From: an uncultured Arcobacter sp.
GTDB taxonomy: Bacteria > Campylobacterota > Campylobacteria > Campylobacterales > Arcobacteraceae
Direction: 5' to 3'
DNA: 64,000 nt
Assembly: GCA_965140705.1 (NCBI GenBank)
Contig: OZ223300.1
Span: forward strand, 320,001 to 384,000
Every line of letters starts with the position of its first letter. The first letter of the stretch is position 1. The notes under the pieces were generated by a model. The model ran no database searches and had not been told where the DNA came from. It was given only the letters and a program-made list of their open reading frames with translations. Positions 28,401-37,323 of this stretch are shown here, one piece after another. Position numbers and translations under genes: made by a program.

Positions 28401-28890
28401 GGCTATAAAAGTACTTGAGTTTCCTCGACAAACAAAAGCACCACATAGATGTATAGCTGACTTTTTTGCCAATGATAGATTAGATGTAGTTGCCTTTACT
28501 CTTGCAAGTTCAGGATTAAAAATAACTTCATATGAAAGTGAACTTTATCAAAATAGTGAGTTTTCAAAATATCATCAAATACATGGATTAGGTGTTGAAC
28601 TTGCAGAAGCATTAGCTGAGGTAATTCATAAGCAAATAAGACTTGACCTTGATATTGTACCAAAAGAGGGACATACCTTATATGATGTTCAAATGAAACA
28701 GTATGTTGGATGTAGGTATTCTCCTGGCTATGCAGCTTGTCCTGATTTGGAACAAAGTCAAGATATCTTTGATTTACTAAAACCAGAAGAGTTTGGAATA
28801 ACTTTAAGTGAAACTTTTCAAATAGATCCAGAACAAAGTACATGCGCCATAGTAGTGCCACATAGTAAAGCCAACTACTACAATATCTAA
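25417..28890 (+). CDS. metH: Cobalamin-dependent methionine synthase
   Basis: DGAMGT, GGCCGTTP, IGER.NATGS, DVHDVGKN B12 motif, RYSPGYAACP. Confidence 0.98.
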   Translation: MKNRINEIIQNKVLIIDGAMGTQLQNAEIKSEAWKYENQDLEGCNELLNETAPEILEGIHDAYAKAGANLISTNTFGTMPWVLDEYGISSKAYELSKLGAELVKKSCKKYETEDEPRFCLGSIGPGTKLPSLGHIRYDEMYKGYKEVANGLADGGCDIYLLETCQDPLQIKAALHALTDTHPEIPVMVSVTIELSGTMLIGTDAMTIAAIMSPFNILSLGFNCGTGPKQVHKHVKTLSEVCKFPISVHANAGLPQNKGGVSYYPMGPEEFTQLQSSFLEINGVSFLGGCCGTTPEHIEALANKVRGIKPKAPSGFLKASLASLFNTVPLKQDPAPLLIGERSNATGSKAFRDLLKDNNYEGTLSVGQQQVRAGAHIIDVSVGFAGRDETGDMDKVVELYSQKVSLPLMPDSTQIKALEAALKQIGGRCIINSVNLEDGEEKFDAVCKLAKKFGAALVCLVIDEVGMAKTKEDKIRIAERIYDLCVNRHGFNPEDLVFDMLTFTIGSGDDEYRTAGVETMEAIREFQILHPEVGTTLGLSNISFGLDTKARVYLNSIYLDHCVKAGLTSAIVNVKHILPLNKITEEDRKACNDLIFNNQEDGDPLFKFIDHFSNVDAQEDQSDEEYQKLEPIEKVKKLLLDGDKDRLIPLVDELRHKVNPEIIVNEWLIDGMKIIGELFGSGQMQLPFVLQSAETMKATVDALNPYLPKEEKASETVLVIGTVKGDVHDVGKNLVDIILSNNGFKVINIGIKADINDFIIAVQEHKAQAIGMSGLLVKSTAVMKENLEELKRQGIDIPVLLGGAALTKSFVNEYCRPLYGGPIFYCRDAFDGVVSMQRIESGESSNTQLAADLIDDEQVVKKEKKEVILPPYEEIELPPKADFTFPPLWGRVTQNKALLNKDLIFSWINHRVLFRQRWGYKKGAMKADEFLAHEENVVKPLYEKYKEEFFEKDIFDPIAIYGYYPCISHDNKLYIFDEEYAFHSLKEAQNVPPLEKAIKVLEFPRQTKAPHRCIADFFANDRLDVVAFTLASSGLKITSYESELYQNSEFSKYHQIHGLGVELAEALAEVIHKQIRLDLDIVPKEGHTLYDVQMKQYVGCRYSPGYAACPDLEQSQDIFDLLKPEEFGITLSETFQIDPEQSTCAIVVPHSKANYYNI

Positions 28891-29037
28891 AAAATCGTTG
28901 TAGTACGGGTATTTTTATCCAATCTCTGTGTTGGTATTTAAAATTTTCAGACTCACTTACTAATTGTAAGCTCCTCCAAAAATTTTAAATACCGCCTTGA
29001 CCTTGAACAAAACTCCCCACACTACAACGATTTTTGA
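28888..29037 (-). repeat. ERIC-like palindromic element (about 150 bp)
   Basis: Nested inverted repeats; minus-strand core CAAGGCGG...AGGAGCTTACAATTAGTAAGTGAG...CCAACACAG resembles the ERIC consensus. Confidence 0.75.
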
Positions 29038-29073
29038 GTAATTTAAAATTAGAATTTAAACAATCGAGAATAT

Positions 29074-29925
29074 ATGAACAATAATAAAAAAGGTATTATA
29101 ATCACCGCTTTGGGTGTTTTGCTAATGAGTTTTGAGTCTTTATTTATAAAGCTAACTTCCATTTCATCTTTCACTTTTTCTTTTTATCTTGGGATATTTA
29201 TGTTTATTTCAATGCTTTTATTACTAATAATAAAACAAAGAAATATTATAAGAGAGGTTACCAAGACATCTTTTTATATCTTCCTTTTATGTGGAATATT
29301 AATGGGGAGTGCAAATATTTTCTTTATTTGGGCAATAAAGAGTACAACTGCTGCAAATGTAGTACTTATAATAGGAACAGGAGCTTTATTTACATCTTTT
29401 TTTGCATATTTATTTTATAGGGAAAAAATAAGAATAAATGTTCTTATTGCATCTTTCTTTTTATTTATTGGTCTTTTTATAATCTTTAATGATAAGATAG
29501 GAGAAGGTAATTTGAAGGGTAACCTTTTAGCTCTTTTATGCACAATGACTTTTTCTTTATCTTTTGTTCTAATGTCGAAATATACTAGAATAAACCGTAT
29601 AGCAATAACAGCAATGACTGGAATATCATTAGCTACAATAGCTTATTTTGTAAGTGATACAATTAGTATTGACTTTTATAATTTATTTGTAGTAGGCGTA
29701 ATGGGATTAATTATAACCCCATTTTCAAGGGTTTTAATATTTAGTGGAACAAAGTTTATAAATGCAAGTGAAGTAAGTCTTTTAATGATTATTGAAACAG
29801 TAATGGGACCTATTTGGGTTTGGATGGTTTTAAATGAAGTACCAAGTTCTTATACTTTTATTGGTGGAGCAATTATACTTCTTACCCTAATAGTAAACTC
29901 AATCTATTTTATAAAAAAAAATTAA
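29074..29925 (+). CDS. DMT/EamA family transporter
   Basis: About 10 TM helices, two EamA repeats, E..GPIWVW..LNEVP. Confidence 0.9.
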   Translation: MNNNKKGIIITALGVLLMSFESLFIKLTSISSFTFSFYLGIFMFISMLLLLIIKQRNIIREVTKTSFYIFLLCGILMGSANIFFIWAIKSTTAANVVLIIGTGALFTSFFAYLFYREKIRINVLIASFFLFIGLFIIFNDKIGEGNLKGNLLALLCTMTFSLSFVLMSKYTRINRIAITAMTGISLATIAYFVSDTISIDFYNLFVVGVMGLIITPFSRVLIFSGTKFINASEVSLLMIIETVMGPIWVWMVLNEVPSSYTFIGGAIILLTLIVNSIYFIKKN

Positions 29926-29987
29926 CATGATATAATTTTTGTTAATTTTTATAGGTTAAAATATAAAAAATAAATAGGAAACTAAAA

Positions 29988-30296
29988 GTGTTAACAAAAA
30001 TAAAAGAAAAAACTACAGGTTTAGTAGATATAACAAAAGAACAATTTGACAAATCTTTTGATTTTGCAAAAATACAAAGTGACAAAGTAAAAAATAAAAT
30101 AGATTTAAAAATACAAGAGAAAGCACTTTTAAACTTAAAAGCTGAACTAGCTATGAGACATAAAACTTTTGATGATTATACCGATGAAGAGTTAGAGATA
30201 ATGCTTTCAAATGAAAAAAGAAAAGTTATAGATGATTTAAAAACTAAAACCTTGGTTGGCGCCTTAGCTATTTTAGGTTTGGACTTCTTGGTATAA
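29988..30296 (+). CDS. Hypothetical protein
   Basis: GTG start after an AGGA SD; coiled-coil-like with a hydrophobic C-terminus. Confidence 0.7.
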   Translation: MLTKIKEKTTGLVDITKEQFDKSFDFAKIQSDKVKNKIDLKIQEKALLNLKAELAMRHKTFDDYTDEELEIMLSNEKRKVIDDLKTKTLVGALAILGLDFLV

Positions 30297-30299
30297 GAT

Positions 30300-30701
30300 A
30301 TGTTTAGACAAGTTAAATCAGCCATTTTTTGGACGCTACTTTATAAGTTTAGAAGAAGATTTACTATTGTTGTTGTATTACTCTCTATAGTTTTATTGTC
30401 ACAATGGATTTATGCAGATATAGTTGAGTATCTACAACTAACTAATCAATTGCAATATCTTTCTTTTTTACTACCTATTAAATGGGCAATTATTTTATTT
30501 AATATTGCCTTTTCTGCCTATTTGATTATCACAATTTTTAAACCTCAAAAAGAGGATAAAAAAAAGGCTGAAAAAATCATAAAGGAACAAAGTAAAAAAA
30601 ACAATGATAAAGAGATAAAAAAAAATGATTTAAGCCCAAAAGAAAAAGAGTTTTTAACAAAAAAACTAAGAAATAAATCTGAAATATTAATGGATAGATA
30701 A
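30300..30701 (+). CDS. Hypothetical two-TM membrane protein
   Basis: Two hydrophobic segments and a Lys-rich tail; 3 nt after the previous ORF. Confidence 0.7.
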   Translation: MFRQVKSAIFWTLLYKFRRRFTIVVVLLSIVLLSQWIYADIVEYLQLTNQLQYLSFLLPIKWAIILFNIAFSAYLIITIFKPQKEDKKKAEKIIKEQSKKNNDKEIKKNDLSPKEKEFLTKKLRNKSEILMDR

Positions 30702-31292
30702 TTTCAATCTATCCAACTGTTTATCATGATATTTACTAAGTAAAACTAAGGCGAGAATGCTTCCTAAAAGGGCAAATCCCATATCGCTTTGAGTATCCCA
30801 AACATATCCTTGAGTTCCTAAAAAAGCAGTAGCATCAGTGCCACTTAGTATAGCTACCCACCACTCTATTAATTCATAAAAAGCTGAAAATGCTAGGCAA
30901 AAGCAGACTATGAAAAAGTTTCTCCATTTAGGAAAAGGAATTATGTTTTTTCTTATAAGAATTTCTCTTGCAATAATTGCTGGAATAAAACCTTGGGCAA
31001 AATGTCCTACTTTGTCGTAGTTATTTCTACTTTGATTCAATACTTCTTTAATCGTATCAAACAAAGGTACTTCTGCATAGGTATAGTGACCACCTACCAT
31101 TAAAATAATACAATGAATGAGAATAAGAGTATAAGTAAGAGTTGTCAGTTTAAAAGATTTGTATGTATAGGCAAGTACTATAAATCCAATGATAGCTGGA
31201 AATACCTCTAAAGCCCAAGTAAATTGATCTTTGGGATTAATTCCTGACCAAATAAAAGTAGTGATAAAAATAAAAAGCCATATATATTTCAT
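30687..31292 (-). CDS. DUF2238 (YjdF-like) membrane protein
   Basis: GGHYTYAEVP, RNNYDKVGH, FYELIEW, FLGTQGYVWDTQSDM. Confidence 0.9.
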   Translation of the reverse strand: MKYIWLFIFITTFIWSGINPKDQFTWALEVFPAIIGFIVLAYTYKSFKLTTLTYTLILIHCIILMVGGHYTYAEVPLFDTIKEVLNQSRNNYDKVGHFAQGFIPAIIAREILIRKNIIPFPKWRNFFIVCFCLAFSAFYELIEWWVAILSGTDATAFLGTQGYVWDTQSDMGFALLGSILALVLLSKYHDKQLDRLKLSIH

Positions 31293-31414
31293 AAAGTACT
31301 ATATCAAAATCAATAATTTTTGTAAATATTTTTTGATAATGAAGAAATTTAAATTGGTATTAGTAAAATTTGGGTAAAATCAGCACAATATATAAATAAA
31401 AAATAGGAAAGAAC

Positions 31415-31894
31415 TTGTTAGATAAAATTTTAAATTTTTGTTTTAGTGTATCTAAACAACCGGTTTTATTAAAAGATTTATTAGTAGCAAATGTTCAACA
31501 TAATGAGAAAATGCATGTGGATGCTGCAAAATTAGGATTTAGACTTAGTATAGGAAAAGCATATATTGTATATATTTTGATTGTTTGTATTCCTGTAATT
31601 CCATTGTCTTTATTAGCACATACTTTTTTTGAAAAAATTGATGCCCATGCTTCTATTGTGGTTTCTATTATTTTTACTGCAATAATTTTTATTTGGTTCA
31701 ATTTCTTTAGAATTTGGATAAAAGATAAAATGGCAAATAGAGTTATAAGAAAAGCCTGGATGATTCATTTCCCATATTTTCCTTATGATGAATATAGATA
31801 TAAAATAGAAGAGATTTTTCATAAAGCTATGAAAGAGGAAATTCCAAGAAAAGACTTGGAGCGATATATACTAGATAATTTAGTTCAAAACTAA
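31415..31894 (+). CDS. Conserved hypothetical two-TM membrane protein
   Basis: TTG start after an AGGA SD; two TM helices; W..HFPYF motif. Confidence 0.75.
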   Translation: MLDKILNFCFSVSKQPVLLKDLLVANVQHNEKMHVDAAKLGFRLSIGKAYIVYILIVCIPVIPLSLLAHTFFEKIDAHASIVVSIIFTAIIFIWFNFFRIWIKDKMANRVIRKAWMIHFPYFPYDEYRYKIEEIFHKAMKEEIPRKDLERYILDNLVQN

Positions 31895-31899
31895 ATTAT

Positions 31900-32631
31900 C
31901 TAATCATAAAATGCTTTAGCCTCTTTATTTCTACTTTTTTTTAATTCCATATCAATATATTTTGCTTCTATATCTTTTTTACTTTTTAGAGCAATTGTCT
32001 GCTTTCTATTTCCACTTGGATTTATTTCATATATAAAAAAACCAGCTTCATACATAGATAATCTTACATTTGTAGAGATAGAATAGGTTGTCATAATTGC
32101 ATCATTTTTACAAAGTTTAAAAATATCTTGAAAATACTCTACACTCCAAAGTTCTTTATTCACATCACTTGAAAAAGCATCTTGATATACTATATCTATA
32201 TCACTTAGAGTTTTGATATATTTTCTTGCATCTCCAATAAAAACTTCTATTTTAATATTTTCATCTTCATATGAAAAAGTCTTTGCAATAGAATCAATGA
32301 TATGTTTTATTTTTTCAAACTCTTTAGGAAAATCAAATTTATCTAAACTTCTTACAAGTTTTTCATCTAATTCAGGTGAATAAATTTCTAGATTTATATC
32401 TAAGTTGTTTTCTAAAATATAATAAATAGTAGAAAAAGTGTTATATCCAATACCAAAACAAATATCTAAAATTTTTAGCTTTTTTAATTCTTTTTTTAAT
32501 GTAAGTGAGGGAATAACATGTTTATTTAAAGACTCTTTTATGGCACCAGTTTTGAGATCATGAAAGTGTTGGTTATATTTTGTAGAATAAAGGGTATTTG
32601 ACCCGTCAATTGTTTGAATAGGATTATTCAT
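31900..32631 (-). CDS. MnmD/MnmC-type tRNA methyltransferase domain protein
   Basis: DGSNTLYS..YNQHFH, DICFGIGYN, YQDAFS, ELW motifs. Confidence 0.85.
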   Translation of the reverse strand: MNNPIQTIDGSNTLYSTKYNQHFHDLKTGAIKESLNKHVIPSLTLKKELKKLKILDICFGIGYNTFSTIYYILENNLDINLEIYSPELDEKLVRSLDKFDFPKEFEKIKHIIDSIAKTFSYEDENIKIEVFIGDARKYIKTLSDIDIVYQDAFSSDVNKELWSVEYFQDIFKLCKNDAIMTTYSISTNVRLSMYEAGFFIYEINPSGNRKQTIALKSKKDIEAKYIDMELKKSRNKEAKAFYD

Positions 32632-32673
32632 GTAGGTTTTAAGAGATATAAAAATATCTCTTAAATATCTTTC

Positions 32674-33189
32674 TTAGTTTCCTAAAGATGCTAGTTTATC
32701 GTCTGATAAATAAAGCTCTTCATTTGACATTACGCCAATTTCATGAGATAAAATATCTCTTGCTATATCTTTTGCTTCTTCTAGTGAGTGCATATTACAT
32801 GTACCACATTGGTAAATATTCAATTCTGGGATATCCTCTTGTTTTGCAACCTTTAAAACATCTTCCATAGCAGCTTTCCATGCAGCAGCAACTGTCTCTT
32901 CTTTTGGACTTCCAAGTAGACTCATATAAAAACCAGTTCTACAACCCATTGGTGAAACATCAATGATTTCAACAGTAGGAGAGTTTAAGTGTTCTCTAAT
33001 AAATCCAGCAAAAAGGTGTTCTAATGTATGAATCCCTTTTTCACTCATCATATCTTTATTTGGTACATAAAATCTTAAATCAAATACTGTAATAATATCA
33101 CCAGATGGTGACTTCATTGTTTTTGCAACTCTAACTGCAGGTGCGGGCATAATTGTATGATCAACTTTAAAACTATCTAATAATGGCAT
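32674..33189 (-). CDS. luxS: S-ribosylhomocysteine lyase (AI-2 synthesis)
   Basis: [29 protein letters not shown]. Confidence 0.98.
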   Translation of the reverse strand: MPLLDSFKVDHTIMPAPAVRVAKTMKSPSGDIITVFDLRFYVPNKDMMSEKGIHTLEHLFAGFIREHLNSPTVEIIDVSPMGCRTGFYMSLLGSPKEETVAAAWKAAMEDVLKVAKQEDIPELNIYQCGTCNMHSLEEAKDIARDILSHEIGVMSNEELYLSDDKLASLGN

Positions 33190-33261
33190 ATAATATCCTT
33201 CAATTTTGTTATAAAAGGGATTTTAACTTAAAGTTAATAAATTGATGATTATATATTATAA

Positions 33262-33612
33262 TTAATAAAGATTTTCTCTAACCATTTTTTTAAAAGCTTT
33301 CATATGAACTTTGAGCATATTTGGTATGATATCCTCTTTACATGCATGAACAATATTTGCATACTCTGGTTTAGAGTAAATTGTTGCTCTATCTCGTGCA
33401 AGAAGTATAAGCCTATTCATATCATCATCTAAAATAATATCTTCTCTATCTGTTATTGCATCATACACATAAAAAAACATTCTTCTCTCTTCACTTGACA
33501 TTTGACAAGAATCATCAAGCATTTTAAGTGCTAGTTTTCCTGCATACTCTATTTCTATAGGTGTAAACTCATGTGTATATGCCCAATCATAAGCTTTTTT
33601 AAGTATATCCAT
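33262..33612 (-). CDS. Hypothetical protein (116 aa), last gene of the AAA/VWA module
   Basis: AAGGAG SD; 9 nt after the upstream gene. Confidence 0.8.
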   Translation of the reverse strand: MDILKKAYDWAYTHEFTPIEIEYAGKLALKMLDDSCQMSSEERRMFFYVYDAITDREDIILDDDMNRLILLARDRATIYSKPEYANIVHACKEDIIPNMLKVHMKAFKKMVRENLY

Positions 33613-33621
33613 TTTATCTCC

Positions 33622-34185
33622 TTAGTCCATATATGGGATGTCTAAATTTGCATCTCTATCATTTGCACTAAAATCAAAACTATCATCAACAATTAGTTTT
33701 GATAAGTTTTTTTCTATAACTTTTACTTGTAGTTTATGGTAAGTATTATTTTCTATATTTTTTTTGATTTCATTTTTGTAAAAATTTAAAATTATAGGAT
33801 GAAGTTTTGTTTGATTTTTTATTAAGTTATCCAAAAATTTATTTAATAAAGAAATATCAAACTCATCTATTTTTTCCAATTTTCTAACTAAATTTCTTAC
33901 AAACTGTTTTTGATGGTAACCTTCACTTAAATCCAAAAGTTTTGATGCAGCAAAAATATCAGCCTCTTGAGCTGAATAATTATATAAATATCTAAAGTGG
34001 TCACAAACTATTTCTATATATTTAGGATAATATTTTAAAACAAAAACAAGCTCTTTTAAATCTCCATCAATAAGTACTTGAAACAGAGTTGCTGTCCTTT
34101 TTTCTATCTTATCCCAATGTGAACCATGCTCTTTAAATTCACCTAAAAATTTTTCATAATTTTCTAATTTATAACTTTCTTCCAT
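33622..34185 (-). CDS. Hypothetical helical protein, paralog of the 34222-34923 protein
   Basis: Start reassigned to ATG 34185 (MEESYKL), which falls at the predicted sigma54 +1; aligns with the neighbouring gene. Confidence 0.8.
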   Translation of the reverse strand: MEESYKLENYEKFLGEFKEHGSHWDKIEKRTATLFQVLIDGDLKELVFVLKYYPKYIEIVCDHFRYLYNYSAQEADIFAASKLLDLSEGYHQKQFVRNLVRKLEKIDEFDISLLNKFLDNLIKNQTKLHPIILNFYKNEIKKNIENNTYHKLQVKVIEKNLSKLIVDDSFDFSANDRDANLDIPYMD

Positions 34186-34195
34186 GATATTTATA

Positions 34196-34212
34196 TGCAA
34201 GATTTGTACCTT
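34196..34212 (-). promoter_or_regulatory. sigma54 (-24/-12) promoter AAGGTAC-AAATC-TTGCA
   Basis: GG at 34210-34209 and GC at 34198-34197 with exact N10 spacing, in a 36-nt intergenic gap. Confidence 0.6.
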
Positions 34213-34221
34213 GCTTTCTAA

Positions 34222-34923
34222 TTAAATCAGTTTATTAGCAAGTTTTTCTAAACTCTTTTTTTGCAAAACATGTAGGTCTGAATTTTTTGTCCAAAGATAG
34301 GTTTGTTTTTTGTAGTAGTTTAAAATTATCTCGTGGACACTATCTTTTATCTTTAATGTATTTTCCAATAACTCTTTAAGCTCTGAACTGTCAAGCTCTT
34401 TAAAATCTGGTAGTTTCATATATAAAGCCTTGATTAGTTTTTCATCTATAAATTTTTTGGATTTTTGTAAGAATTTTGTGGCTTCTATTTCACTAGCATT
34501 TATATCATTCCATTTCCTTCCATTTTTTAGTTGGTCTATGGCAACTGGCAAGTATACAGGAACCAAATCCAAGACTTTGTTTAACTCTACAAAATCATCA
34601 TCAACTAAACTTCTAAAAAGCATTCTTGCTCTATTTCTTATTTTCCCTCTTAGATTATCTTTTTCAATAACATCTTTATGTAGAAGTTGAAATCTTTTTA
34701 GTGCAGGTAATTTTGAGTGATTAAAAGCCATTATAGAGACTATTGGATGCTCATCTGCTATTTGTTCTTCCCTTGAGCCATTTGGTCTACAAAATGCCCA
34801 ATAAAGTCTAGCTTCCATATCTTCATGGTTTAGATATTTCTCATCACCTAAGCTTTCAAAATCAGCTTCATCTTTTAATAGTTCAACTTCCTCTTTATAG
34901 GTTAAATTGAATAACTCTTCCAT
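34222..34923 (-). CDS. Hypothetical helical protein
   Basis: ORF of about 233 aa overlapping the end of the VWA gene; start could be 34923 or 34932. Confidence 0.8.
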   Translation of the reverse strand: MEELFNLTYKEEVELLKDEADFESLGDEKYLNHEDMEARLYWAFCRPNGSREEQIADEHPIVSIMAFNHSKLPALKRFQLLHKDVIEKDNLRGKIRNRARMLFRSLVDDDFVELNKVLDLVPVYLPVAIDQLKNGRKWNDINASEIEATKFLQKSKKFIDEKLIKALYMKLPDFKELDSSELKELLENTLKIKDSVHEIILNYYKKQTYLWTKNSDLHVLQKKSLEKLANKLI

Positions 34924-36121
34924 AACTCTCAAACCTTTTTAGATTTTTTCTATCACTGATTATAAATATAGTATTACTAACTAAAGACTCATTTATATCA
35001 AACTCCCCATCGCTTAGTACCATAAGTAGGTTTTCACTTCTTATTTCACTTGATTTTTTTAGATACTTTAAGACTTCATCAAAATCAGTTCCGCCATCAC
35101 TTTTAGGAATAAAAAGTTCTTCTTGATTTAGAGGATTAAAGCTATCAAATTTTATGATATGTTCCTCTTTTACTTTTAAATCAAAGGGTAAAACAATTAC
35201 TTTATATTCATAAAAGCCATCACATACATCCTTTACTACACCTAAAAACTTTTTATACTCATCTAAACTAACACTTGAAGAGCTATCAATGGCTATATAT
35301 ACTTCTATTAGTTCATCACTTTTTTTATTTCCAGGTAGATATAAACCACTGTGGATAAATCTTTTGTTTGGCCTATTGTAAGTGCTTGTTTTTTCAAAAA
35401 GTGAAGCTATTAGATACTCTTTTAGGCTATCTTGTAGAGAAATTTCTGGTTTTATCAAAGTATCAATTTCCACTTGTAAGTCTGCATACTCTTTTGAAGA
35501 TTTTTTAGCGATTGACAAAGCTTGTATAATAATACCATCAAGTTTTTCTCTATCTCCTTGATTTGTTTTATCATCATTGACTTCTTCAATATCAAGTTTA
35601 GAATTATCATAAATATATGATTTTAACTTACCTTTTTCATTTGGTTTTGTTTTTATCTCTTCATCTTCTTTTTTCTCTTGGCTAGATGATTCGCTATTTT
35701 CTTCTTGTTCTTTATATAAAATCTCATAAACCTCTTCCACACATTTATTTTCTAAATCAAGGTCGAGAATCTCATCTTTTGGTATCTCTCCTATATTGGA
35801 AAATTTTGACATGACAAGATTGATAACTAAATCACATGCTTGATTCCAAAGCTTTTTTTCCCTTCTTTTTTGTCTGTAAGGATGTTTAAGTACTATATGT
35901 AAAAGTGTATGGGCATAAAGATATGTTATCTCATCATCACTATAAGTTGAAAGTTTTTCTAAATCCACACTTATATACATGCCATTTGTTTGAAAGGCAC
36001 TAAATTTATTTTGAGTATAATTTGTGGGAATTGATAGTGCAAGGACTGATAAAAAGGGATGATTAAATAAAAAATTTATTCGAATCTTTTGAAAAATCTC
36101 ATCATATGATGTATTGTCCAT
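34895..36121 (-). CDS. DUF2201-type metallopeptidase-like plus VWA domain protein
   Basis: HPFL..L, TNG, AHTLLH...H, WNQACD N-domain; DSSSS MIDAS, GGTDF, SDG; start MDNTS after a GGAG SD. Confidence 0.85.
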   Translation of the reverse strand: MDNTSYDEIFQKIRINFLFNHPFLSVLALSIPTNYTQNKFSAFQTNGMYISVDLEKLSTYSDDEITYLYAHTLLHIVLKHPYRQKRREKKLWNQACDLVINLVMSKFSNIGEIPKDEILDLDLENKCVEEVYEILYKEQEENSESSSQEKKEDEEIKTKPNEKGKLKSYIYDNSKLDIEEVNDDKTNQGDREKLDGIIIQALSIAKKSSKEYADLQVEIDTLIKPEISLQDSLKEYLIASLFEKTSTYNRPNKRFIHSGLYLPGNKKSDELIEVYIAIDSSSSVSLDEYKKFLGVVKDVCDGFYEYKVIVLPFDLKVKEEHIIKFDSFNPLNQEELFIPKSDGGTDFDEVLKYLKKSSEIRSENLLMVLSDGEFDINESLVSNTIFIISDRKNLKRFESYGRVIQFNL

Positions 36122-37109
36122 ACTGCTCCATCCATGAATCAAAGGCTTCAAGTTCAGCTATATCTTCATCTTTGATGATTAAATCTTTTATTAGCATTAC
36201 ATTAAACTCAACTGGTAATTTATTGCAATACTCAAAAAGATTTGTTGCCTGTTCAGTTTTTTGATACTTTTCAATAATAGCTGCACAAAGGGCATATAAA
36301 GCACTTGGTTCACTAGGTACTATATCTGATTGCCCAGATAAAATAGCATCTATGTCAGGTAAAGTTTTATAAACTTTTACAAAAGATATAAACTCAATGC
36401 CTGCGCCATAACCTACAGCTCCATAAATGATAGGATTGATACTATTTATATCACTACTTTTTTTAATGATATTTGATAACATATCCCAAGCTCTTGGAGT
36501 ACAAAAGGCTGGATTTGTTTCACTTGATGAGGGAACTTCTGTACTTAGTAAATCAGGTCTAAATCCTAAAAAACCTATTATAAAAGGATGAACCTCATTT
36601 TTAATTGCCCAGATTTTAAAATCCTCATATTTAGCTTCAAGAACAATATGAACCATTCGATTTATCAAAGGACTAGGTAGTTTAAAAACAATACCTTTAT
36701 CATCTATTTTATTTCCTGCACAAACTATTCTCCAGCCTTTTGGCATAGAATATTCGCCTATTTTTCTATCAAGAACAAGTTGATAAATAGCCGCTTGAAC
36801 AGAGAGTGGGGCAGAGTTTAATTCATCTAAAAAAAGTATTCCTTTAGAGTTTTCATTTGAGGGTAAAAATATTGGCGGCATCCATTTTGTTTGCTCATTT
36901 GTGATAGTTGGAATCCCCCTTAAATCTATGGCATCAAGTTGGGATAAACGTACATCAATGATTTCCAAATCATTTTGTTTTGCTATGTTATTTACAATAT
37001 ACGACTTACCAATTCCAGGACTTCCATGTATGAAGACAGGAATATCTGTATCAATTAAAGTTTGTAGTTGTTTATATAAGTCTTGGGTACCAATAGCTGG
37101 AGTTATCAT
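36102..37109 (-). CDS. MoxR-like AAA+ ATPase
   Basis: Walker A GSPGIGKS, DLRGIP, Walker B LFLDE, AGN, INR, TPRAW. Confidence 0.9.
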   Translation of the reverse strand: MITPAIGTQDLYKQLQTLIDTDIPVFIHGSPGIGKSYIVNNIAKQNDLEIIDVRLSQLDAIDLRGIPTITNEQTKWMPPIFLPSNENSKGILFLDELNSAPLSVQAAIYQLVLDRKIGEYSMPKGWRIVCAGNKIDDKGIVFKLPSPLINRMVHIVLEAKYEDFKIWAIKNEVHPFIIGFLGFRPDLLSTEVPSSSETNPAFCTPRAWDMLSNIIKKSSDINSINPIIYGAVGYGAGIEFISFVKVYKTLPDIDAILSGQSDIVPSEPSALYALCAAIIEKYQKTEQATNLFEYCNKLPVEFNVMLIKDLIIKDEDIAELEAFDSWMEQYGQYII

Positions 37110-37117
37110 CTATATTC

Positions 37118-37306
37118 CTATGAAAGTTTTATATTTTTTATTAGTGCATTTAAATCAGTGTTCAATGTTGAGATTTTTTCTAAGATTTTTTGTTTCTGTT
37201 CAGCATTTAAAGTAAATTTACTATCAATAGTTTCATACATTTTTAGGCTATCGGCAAAAATATTTTGCATAATTTCTTGTTTTATTTTATCTTCAAAAAG
37301 TCCCAT
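37118..37306 (-). CDS. Small hypothetical protein (62 aa)
   Basis: AAAGGAG SD; fills the gap between hemerythrin and the AAA gene. Confidence 0.7.
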   Translation of the reverse strand: MGLFEDKIKQEIMQNIFADSLKMYETIDSKFTLNAEQKQKILEKISTLNTDLNALIKNIKLS

Positions 37307-37323
37307 TATATCTCCTTTGATTA

